Below are positions 8,934 through 17,600 of a DNA stretch of 52,142 bases, piece after piece. A program made the translations under genes and the position numbers. The stretch spans positions 1 to 52,142 of the forward strand of contig CAYLQO010000003.1 of assembly GCA_964386425.1 (NCBI GenBank). The letters run 5' to 3'. This stretch comes from an uncultured Gammaproteobacteria bacterium. Its GTDB lineage: Bacteria > Patescibacteriota > Patescibacteriia > UBA1558 > S5-K13. Below the pieces are notes generated by a model. The model ran no database searches. It was not told the DNA's origin and saw only the letters and a program-made list of their open reading frames with translations. The first letter of the stretch is position 1; each line of letters opens with the position of its first letter.

Positions 8934-9596
8934 ATGACAAAACATGATAAAAGAATTTCCATTGTTGTAATAATTTTAGTTTTAGTTGGAGTTAGTTTTT
9001 TGTTTTATAATTTATTTAATTTTTATAAAATTATAAAAATAAAAAATGAAAAACAAATTGTTGAAAGCATAACTGATGAAAAATATGTCCTTTCGTCATT
9101 TGTAAATGATCCAATAAAAGGTGCAAAAAATGCACAAGTAAGTATTTATTTATTTACTGATTATGAAACTAACGGAACGAAAGATATTTTAGGTGCCATA
9201 GATGAAATATTAAAAAAATATCCAAGTCAGGTTAATTTAGTTTGGAAAGATTTGCCACTTGCTATAAATATTTATTCAAAAAGTTCAGCCCTTGCATCAC
9301 GTTGTGCTCTCGAACAGAATAAATACTGGGAATACAACAGTGAATTATTAAATACAGGAGAAGATTTTTCACTTGATTTATACAAAAGTATTTCCGAGAA
9401 ATTAAAAATGGATACAAATAAATTTTTAAATTGTTATAATTCTAAGAAATATATAGAAGATATAGATAATAATATAATGGAAGCTTATGTTTTAGGGATA
9501 GAAGAGACTCCTGCTATTTTTATAAATCAGCAGAAATTTGAGGGGCAAATAACAGTCGAAAATTTAGAAAATATTATTAAATCAATGATGAAATGA
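8934..9596 (+). CDS. DsbA-like thioredoxin-fold protein lacking the CXXC active site
   Basis: Paralogous to the ORF at 30025. Shared segments include C..EQ.K[YF]W, KF..CY.SKKY and the TP..F[IV]N cis-Pro loop. However, FADFNCSYC is replaced by FTDYETNGT. An N-terminal TM anchor is present. Confidence 0.65.
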   Translation: MTKHDKRISIVVIILVLVGVSFLFYNLFNFYKIIKIKNEKQIVESITDEKYVLSSFVNDPIKGAKNAQVSIYLFTDYETNGTKDILGAIDEILKKYPSQVNLVWKDLPLAINIYSKSSALASRCALEQNKYWEYNSELLNTGEDFSLDLYKSISEKLKMDTNKFLNCYNSKKYIEDIDNNIMEAYVLGIEETPAIFINQQKFEGQITVENLENIIKSMMK

Positions 9597-11077
9597 TTTT
9601 AGAAATGCATTATATTAAATATTCTAAAAAAGTATTTTTATTTTGTATATTATTTATTTTTTTGTTTTTTAATTTCAAAAATGCCATAGCTGTTTGTCCA
9701 GAGGGTTATGAGCTTGTACCAGTTCAATATCGATGGTCAGAATATAATTATGATTTGAATGATTCTTTTAGTGATGTATCTTCTTATCCAACACAAATAT
9801 GTTATAAAAAGAGACCACCATGTGCAACTCCAGATACATGTCAAACACCAACCAACAACAATATGATGGTTGTAAATCCATGTCCTACGGAAACTGGAGA
9901 TCTTAAACAAAATTGGTGTCCCAATGATACGGTTTGTTGTTTTAAGGAAGAACAAGAGCAAATAGTAGATGGACAATTGGATATATCTGGTACTAATGTA
10001 TCCAGTAAAGATCAACAACTAGCATCTACTACTATCAAGTTTAAACCAGAAGTTGGAATTCCAGGTTTTTTAGAAGAAAAAAATGTTAGTGGATTTTTAT
10101 TTGGGGATTTTCTTACAGCATTATTTCGTTATTTAATATATCTATCTGGAGTATTTGCTGTAATTATAATAATAGCATCTGGATTTCAGTGGGTTTTAGC
10201 TGGTGGAAATAAAAGTAAAATAGAGAGAGCAAAATCAAGATTAAAAAATTCTTTAATAGGTTTTGTTTTGTGTTCCTCAAGTGTTTTAATTTTAAGTACT
10301 ATAAATTTAGATTTAATAAATATCAGACCATTGGATATCAAATATATTATTCCAATTCCCATAGTAGAGGTTAATAGGTTTGAAATGGCGTCTACTCCTT
10401 TGAAATCTGGTCCAGGTGGTAGTCATTTATTTAGTCAAGCATTGATAGATGGAATAAAAAAGCATTCAGCGACCTCTGGTATAGATCCTTGTGTTTTTTA
10501 TGCAGTTATACATCAAGAATCTGGTGGTAATGTGGGGGCATTTGGTAATGATTCTGCTGTGGCAAATTGTCAAATTATAGCTAGAAGAGCACATATATGT
10601 AACTTGTATCCAAGTTGTTGTCCAAATTTTATAAGTGGATCAACAAATAAAAGTTATGAGGCCTGTACAAATTGTACAAGCTATGTAACTAATAAAAGTA
10701 TAAGCGGTGTTAGTAAGGCTAATTGGAAAAATTATTTGACAAAAAGGGGTTATACATTTGGTTTGGGTTTAACCCAAATAACCTATTTTTCGGGATCTAG
10801 TCAATTATGTAATGGAAATAATGGATTTAAATATCAAGGGATTTGCGTTAACTTCGACGATTTATTTACTATAGATGGTTCTCTTAGTGCCTTTGCCTAT
10901 GCTTGGCCAAAATCATATTGCAAAGATGGTAATTTGTTGATGGGTTTTAGAAGATATGCGGATGGTAGTGGTACAAGTAATTGGGGTATTACTACTGGCG
11001 ATAAAAAATATGTTCGCTATACAAAATGTAAAGACTTGGGTTTTGAATATATAGCCAGTAAAGGTATTCCTAAATAA
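9593..11077 (+). CDS. Cys-rich head + T4SS pilin-like (VirB2/TrbC-type) TM hairpin + lytic transglycosylase (SLT/VirB1-like) fusion protein
   Basis: Signal peptide ends in NFKNAIA. The head (CPEGY...VCCF) carries 9 Cys. The pilin-like segment is YLIYLSGVFAVIIIIASGFQWVLAGGNKSKIERAKSRLKNSLIGFVL. The SLT catalytic context is FYAVIHQESGGNVGAFGND. An alternative start is ATG 9605. Confidence 0.65.
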   Translation: MILEMHYIKYSKKVFLFCILFIFLFFNFKNAIAVCPEGYELVPVQYRWSEYNYDLNDSFSDVSSYPTQICYKKRPPCATPDTCQTPTNNNMMVVNPCPTETGDLKQNWCPNDTVCCFKEEQEQIVDGQLDISGTNVSSKDQQLASTTIKFKPEVGIPGFLEEKNVSGFLFGDFLTALFRYLIYLSGVFAVIIIIASGFQWVLAGGNKSKIERAKSRLKNSLIGFVLCSSSVLILSTINLDLINIRPLDIKYIIPIPIVEVNRFEMASTPLKSGPGGSHLFSQALIDGIKKHSATSGIDPCVFYAVIHQESGGNVGAFGNDSAVANCQIIARRAHICNLYPSCCPNFISGSTNKSYEACTNCTSYVTNKSISGVSKANWKNYLTKRGYTFGLGLTQITYFSGSSQLCNGNNGFKYQGICVNFDDLFTIDGSLSAFAYAWPKSYCKDGNLLMGFRRYADGSGTSNWGITTGDKKYVRYTKCKDLGFEYIASKGIPK

Positions 11078-11082
11078 TTTTT

Positions 11083-12420
11083 ATGAAAACAATTTACTCA
11101 TGTTCAAAATGTGGAGCACAATTTCCCAAATGGGCTGGGAAGTGTATTGAGTGTGGTGCTTGGGGAACACTGGACAAAGAAACCATAATTGAAGATGAAA
11201 GAAAAAATAAAACAGAAAATTTAAAAGATGTAAAAATTGATTTCATAGATTTATCTAAAATAAAAAACGAACAGGTTAAAAAAATAAAAACAGGATTTTC
11301 TTGCTTTGATAAAGTAATTGGCGGAGGACTAGTTCCTTCTTCTTTAGTTTTACTTGGTGGAGAACCTGGAATTGGAAAATCCACTATAATTTCTCAAATC
11401 ATAAACAAAAATTTAAATACTTTATATGTTTCAGGAGAAGAAAATGCAAATTCAGTTAAATCTCGTTTTGACAGACTGGGGATTAGCAGCAATTCTGTAA
11501 AATTTTTAGCAGAAAATAGTATAGAGACAATTTTAGCTGGAGTTATAAAAATTAAACCCGAATTTTTAATTATTGATTCAATTCAAACACTTTATACTGG
11601 TGATGTAGAAGGTGATCCAGGTGGAATTGCACAAGTGCGTGCTTGTACAGTAAAAATTATGGAAATCGCCAGAAAGTTTAATATTGCAACTTTAATAATA
11701 AGTCATGTAAATAAATCAGGGGATTTAGCAGGACCTAAGACAATGGAGCACTTAGTTGATTGTGTGATTTATTTAGAAGGAGATCGGTTACACAGATTTA
11801 GAATTTTAAAATGTATTAAAAACAGATTTGGCTCGACTGATGAAGCAGCAATACTGGAGATGACAAAAAGCGGATTTAAAGAAGTAATAAACCCATCAAA
11901 AATTTATTTATCATCACTTTCTCCTGAAGAGTCTGGTACAGCAATTACTTCTATTATAGAAGGAAATCAGGTTTTGATGTTAGAACTTCAGGCACTTGTT
12001 AGTAAAACTAATTTTGGATATCCAAAGCGTACAGCAAGTGGTTATGATCAAAAAAGATTAGAACTTCTAATAGCAGTGCTTCAATCAAAATTAAATTTGA
12101 ATTTAAATTTATACGATGTTTATATTAATTTAACTGGTGGATTCAAAGTATCAGATCGTGCACTTGATTTAGCAGTTGCAATGGCAATTTATTCATCTTA
12201 TGAAAATAAAAAAATAATGAGTAGTTCAGTATTTTTTGGTGAGGTGGGATTAAGCGGAGAAATAAGACAAATTCCAAAAACAAAAGAGCGAATAAAAGAA
12301 GCAATTAATTTAGGATTTAAAAATATAATTATTCCGAGCTTTGATAAAAATGTAGAAATAAAAGGCGCGAAGTTAAATTGTATAAAAGATATAAAAGAAC
12401 TTAAAAAATTTTTAATTTAG
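11083..12420 (+). CDS. radA: DNA repair protein RadA/Sms
   Basis: Zn finger CSKCGAQFPKWAGKCIECGAWGT, Walker A GGEPGIGKST, the KNRFG motif, and a Lon-like C-terminal domain (GEVGLSGEIR). Confidence 0.95.
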   Translation: MKTIYSCSKCGAQFPKWAGKCIECGAWGTLDKETIIEDERKNKTENLKDVKIDFIDLSKIKNEQVKKIKTGFSCFDKVIGGGLVPSSLVLLGGEPGIGKSTIISQIINKNLNTLYVSGEENANSVKSRFDRLGISSNSVKFLAENSIETILAGVIKIKPEFLIIDSIQTLYTGDVEGDPGGIAQVRACTVKIMEIARKFNIATLIISHVNKSGDLAGPKTMEHLVDCVIYLEGDRLHRFRILKCIKNRFGSTDEAAILEMTKSGFKEVINPSKIYLSSLSPEESGTAITSIIEGNQVLMLELQALVSKTNFGYPKRTASGYDQKRLELLIAVLQSKLNLNLNLYDVYINLTGGFKVSDRALDLAVAMAIYSSYENKKIMSSSVFFGEVGLSGEIRQIPKTKERIKEAINLGFKNIIIPSFDKNVEIKGAKLNCIKDIKELKKFLI

Positions 12421-12427
12421 CAATTTA

Positions 12428-12510
12428 CAATTTTCAATTGATTTACTATTTCGCTATTTACAATTGGAAATATATAAATAATAAATCAATTGAAAATAAA
12501 AAATAGTAAA
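12428..12510. repeat. Long imperfect AT-rich palindrome, copy B of the dispersed intergenic element
   Basis: ttttcaattgatttactatttcgctattta ... taaataataaatcaattgaaaa, lying between the convergent radA and recG. The arm matches copy A at 1201-1293. Confidence 0.6.
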
Positions 12511-12517
12511 TTGTGAA

Positions 12518-14581
12518 TTATTCTAAATGTATATCAGAAGAAAGTATTTCTACTTCTTTTTTTATTTCAGGGAATTTTTCTAGTCCTTTCTCAAAAACAT
12601 ATTGAGCCCAGACATTGCATTTTTTTATTAATTCTAAATCAGATAAGTCAGCAATTTTTATACCCGTCATAAATCCAGATTGTTTAATTCCGTATAAATC
12701 TCCACTTCCACGGAATTTTAAATCAAATTCTGCGAGTTCAAATCCATCATCTGTTTTTGTAAGTATTTCAAGTCGTTTTTTGGTCTTTTCTGAATTGCTT
12801 TCAGAAAATAAAAAGCAAAATGACTGGTGTTCACCACGGCCAACGCGACCACGAAATTGGTGAAGCGATGCAAGCCCGAATCTATCAGCACCTTCAACCA
12901 TCATTATAGTTGCATTTGGAAAGTCTATTCCAACTTCAATTACAGAAGTGGAGACAAGTATTTTTGTTTCATTTAGAGAAAAGCTTTTTAAAACTTTTTG
13001 TTTTTCTGCTTCTTTCATTTTGCCATGCAAAAATCCGATTTTTAAATTTGGGAAAATTTCTGTGTTTAATTTTTCGTATTCACTAAGTACTGATTTTACT
13101 CCTAATTTATCTGATTCATTTATAAGAGGACACACTACAAAAACTTGTCTACCAGCGTTTATTTGATTATAAATAAATTCATAAGCTTTTGTTCTGTTAT
13201 GCGCGGATACAAATTTTGTAATGATTTTTTTCCGTCCAACTGGTTTTTGTAAAATTCTAGAAATATCCAAGTCACCATAGATTGTAAGAGCAAGTGATCT
13301 TGGAATTGGAGTTGCTGTCATGGACAAGAAATGTGGACTAATGTCTGACTTTTTGGTTAATTCTTGACGTTGCTTTACACCGAATCTGTGTTGTTCATCA
13401 ATAACAATAAGTCCAATATTTTTAAACTCTATATCCTTCTGAATTAAAGAATGAGTTCCTATTATAAAATCAGATTTTTTAACAAATTTAAAGACTTCAT
13501 TTTTTGTTAGTTTTTGGGCTAATTCTTTTTTGCCATTAAATAATAATCTATCAGAATTTGTAAGAAGTAAAATATTTATATTGTAGTCCTTGAAAAATTT
13601 CACAGCATTTTCAAAGTGTTGTTTTGCTAAAATTTGAGTAGGGGACATCAAAATTGTCTGAAATTTATTTAAAATCACATTGTAAGCACAGATAAAAGAT
13701 ACAATTGTTTTTCCGCTTCCAACATCACCTTCGAGAAGTCGGTTCATTGGAATTTTTTCATTAATATTTTGCAATATCTGCCAAGTTGATTTTCTTTGGT
13801 CTTCTGTTAATTCAAATGGAATTTTCGTTACAAATTCTTTTATTTGTTTTTCTTTAAATTTAATAACAGGCGCTGATAATTCAATATTTTGTTTTTTAAT
13901 ATATTTTGATAAGCATGACAGCAAAAATATTTCATCAAATGATAATCTTTTTTTAGCGAGTTCCAGTTTTTCATAATTATCTGGAAAATGAATTTGCTTT
14001 AAAGATTCTTGTAAATTTAATAATTTTTCACATTCAATAATTTCATTTGGTAATTTTTCTTTTACCAAATTTAAACAACTTAGTGATTGTTTTATTACGT
14101 ATCTTAATTGTTTTTGTGATAAATGTTCTGTTGATGGATATATTGGAATAATTCTTGCAGTGTGCGATGTATCTCTGTCAGTTTTTTCATAATTTGGATT
14201 TACAAGTGATGGTCCAAGCAGTGATTTTTTAACAACTCCTGAAACATATATTTCATCTCCAATTTGAAGTGTGTTTTTTATATATGGTTGATTAAACCAA
14301 ACAATTTGAATTTGACCAGAATTATCCTCTAAAAGCATCTCGGTTATGTTCATTCTTTTCCTGGGAGATCTTTTGTTGTTAAGTAGTATGATTTTACCTT
14401 TTATTGTGGCTGATTCCTCATTTATAAGTTCATTTATCTGTTTTAAATGTGAAAAATCTTCATATCTAAATGGATAATAAAAAATAGCATCAGACATTGT
14501 ATTTAATCCGATTTTTTCTAGTTTTTTATAGATTTTCGGACCTATTCCGTAGATTTTATCTAGAGTTGTGTTTATATTCAT
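12518..14581 (-). CDS. recG: ATP-dependent DNA helicase RecG
   Basis: Wedge/OB N-domain, Walker A GDVGSGKT, DEQHRFG box, and QFRGRVGRG motif VI. Confidence 0.9.
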   Translation of the reverse strand: MNINTTLDKIYGIGPKIYKKLEKIGLNTMSDAIFYYPFRYEDFSHLKQINELINEESATIKGKIILLNNKRSPRKRMNITEMLLEDNSGQIQIVWFNQPYIKNTLQIGDEIYVSGVVKKSLLGPSLVNPNYEKTDRDTSHTARIIPIYPSTEHLSQKQLRYVIKQSLSCLNLVKEKLPNEIIECEKLLNLQESLKQIHFPDNYEKLELAKKRLSFDEIFLLSCLSKYIKKQNIELSAPVIKFKEKQIKEFVTKIPFELTEDQRKSTWQILQNINEKIPMNRLLEGDVGSGKTIVSFICAYNVILNKFQTILMSPTQILAKQHFENAVKFFKDYNINILLLTNSDRLLFNGKKELAQKLTKNEVFKFVKKSDFIIGTHSLIQKDIEFKNIGLIVIDEQHRFGVKQRQELTKKSDISPHFLSMTATPIPRSLALTIYGDLDISRILQKPVGRKKIITKFVSAHNRTKAYEFIYNQINAGRQVFVVCPLINESDKLGVKSVLSEYEKLNTEIFPNLKIGFLHGKMKEAEKQKVLKSFSLNETKILVSTSVIEVGIDFPNATIMMVEGADRFGLASLHQFRGRVGRGEHQSFCFLFSESNSEKTKKRLEILTKTDDGFELAEFDLKFRGSGDLYGIKQSGFMTGIKIADLSDLELIKKCNVWAQYVFEKGLEKFPEIKKEVEILSSDIHLE

Positions 14582-14651
14582 TAATTTATTATATCATCGA
14601 CTATAAAAAGATTAAACTATTCATTTTTGAGTTCCCATATTATTATAAATT

Positions 14652-14660
14652 TGCTATAAT
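14652..14660 (+). promoter_or_regulatory. Extended -10 promoter element TGCTATAAT
   Basis: tgctataat lies 37 nt upstream of ATG 14697, and a GAAGGGA SD-like element sits at 14685-14691. Confidence 0.4.
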
Positions 14661-14696
14661 TATTATATAAAATTATTAAGATAAGAAGGGAAATAA

Positions 14697-17600
14697 ATGA
14701 AGTTTAAAAGTAAATCTTTATTTTTTTTAACCAGTTTTTTTATAATTGGATTTTTTATAGTACCAAAAATTTCTAGCGCATCTCTTCCGTGGACTCAATA
14801 CGCAGGTAATCCCGTCTTAAGTCAAACAACTAATAGTGGCTTTTCTTCTGTTGTAAAAGATGGATCTTTATACCATATGTATTATGGTGGAACCTCAATA
14901 AATCACGCAACATCAACAGATGGTTTGTCTTGGAATGCGAATCCCTCTAATCCACTGGAATTAACTGGGAGCGTGCCAATGGTTTGGAAAGAGGGTTCAA
15001 TTTGGTATATGTTATTTAGATCATTTGATGGTTCTTTAAATTCTGTTGCTTTAGCAACTTCTACCAATGGAATAAATTGGAATGAATATTCTTCAAATCC
15101 AGTATTAGAAGAAACATCTGGTTGGGCTTCTGGTGTCGAGGCTTGGGGAATAATAAAAGTAGAGTCAGTTTATTATATGTTTTATAGTGATTGGGAAGAA
15201 ACTAGAAAAATAGGAATTGCAACATCAACAGATCTTATAAATTGGAATAAAGATCCAAATAATCCAATATTTACGGGTGGAAGATTCTGTCCATTCCCAT
15301 TTAAATATGGTAATTATTATTATTTAATAGTTCCTCATTATACATCCGGTACAGATTATTCTGAATTAGAATTATATAGAGACACTAGTCCAACATTTTA
15401 TTCGTCCAGTAGACAATATATGGGTGTTGTAATAAGTCCTGGTACGAGTGGGGAGTGGAATGATACTGATCAAGATACGGCATTTGTTTTAACAGATGAT
15501 ATAGAAAGAGATAGTTTTGAAATTACAAACAATCAATTGTGGGTTTATTTTGCTGGATCTCCTACGAATGTCCCATCTACATGGTATACAGGATTAATAA
15601 TAGAACCAAATATACAAAGTGCTATGCCACAAAAAACAGGGGCAACATGGTCTGTTGTTGGTTCCAAGGGAATGTCTTATGGTGTTGTATATAATACGAC
15701 AATAGATATTGATAGTAATGATACGCCTTATGTCGCATATCAAGATTGGGATAAAAGTGGAAAAGCTACAGTTAAAAAGTATAACGGATCATCTTGGGTG
15801 ACAATTGGAACTGAGGGATTTGCTGGAAACGCTGCTAATTCAACTCAGGTATTTTTGCATGATGATAATCCGTATTTAATATACAGAGATAGTCTTGCAA
15901 ATGGAGCAAAAACAACATTAATGAAATACACAGACTCTACAAATTGGTACGTAGCAGGAACGGCTACTTTTTCAGATGCAAGAGCTTTATTGCCAAGTCT
16001 ATATGTGTATGATGATGGGACAGCAACTGGCACACCATACGTAGGTTATTTTAATACTTCTGATAATATTAATGGTAAGGTAATAGTTAAAAAATTAGTA
16101 AATAGTGTGTGGCAAACAGTTGGTGTTGAAGTGACGGCAAATACAGCAACATATTTTTATGTATCTTTGGTTGTTGATAGTGGCGGTACGCCATATGTCG
16201 CATTTTATGACGGCTATAATTCAAATAAATTAAGCGTTAAAAAATATAACGGATCTTCTTGGATAAGTGTTGGTAGCGCTGGTTTTTCTGCTGGACAAGC
16301 AGATTACATAAGTTTAGCACTAGATAATAATGATGTTCCATATGTAGCATATAGAGATGGCGGAACAGCTAACAAAGCGACTGTAATGAAATATAACGGA
16401 TCTTCTTGGGAAAATGTTGGTAGCGCTGGTTTTTCTGCTGGACAAGCAGATTATACATCTCTTGCGATTGATAACAATAATATTCCATACGTAGCATTTA
16501 AAGATGCTACAAATGCAAACAAAATAACAGTTATGAAATATACAAATAGTGGGGTTTCTGGTTGGTCTATTGTTGGTAGCGCTGGTTTTTCTGATGGACA
16601 GGCAGACTATACTTGGCTTGACATAGATAGTGAAAATGTGCCTTATGTCGCATTTAAAGATGTGGCTAATGCTAATAAAACAACCGTTATGAAATATGAT
16701 GGAGTTGACATAACAGCGCCTTTTATAACTGGTTTATCAAACGACACCACACCAACACAATCAAAGACGTGGACCTGGGATAGTGATGATCCCACTGCAA
16801 CGTATAGATATGTAGTAAATCAAAATGCAACACATAATTTTACAGTTGAAGCATATGGATCAACTAAAACAACAATTCAAGATAGTGGAACAGGTACATA
16901 TTATTTACACGTTCAAGCAAAAGATACAGCTGACAATACTAGTACATCAACAGTTTATGCTGTACTTGATAATACTCCCGTAGATAATACTCCACCAACT
17001 ATTACTGGTTTATCAAACGACACCACACCAACACAATCAAAGACATGGACCTGGGATAGTGATGATCCTACTGCAACATATAGATATGTAGTAAATCAAA
17101 ATGCAACACATAATTTTACAGTTGAAGCATATGGATCAACTAAAACAACAATTCAAGATAGTGGAACAGGTACATATTATTTACACGTTCAAGCAAAAGA
17201 TACAGCTGACAATACTAGTACATCAACAGTTTATGCTGTACTTGATAATACTCCCGTAGATAATACTCCACCAACTATTACTGGTTTATCAAACGACACC
17301 ACACCAACACAATCAAAGACATGGACCTGGGATAGTGATGATCCTACTGCAACATATAGATATGTAGTAAATCAAAATGCAACACATAATTTTACAGATG
17401 AAGTATATGGAACAACAACTTCAACCACTCAATCATCTGGCAATGGGACATATTATTTACACGTTCAAGCAAAAGACGAAGCAGATAATACTAGTAATAC
17501 CTCAGTATCAGCAATATTAGACAATATGGCACCCATTATTTCGGGATTATCAGATGACAACACTTCAACAGTTAGCAAAAATTGGATTTGGTCATCCGAT

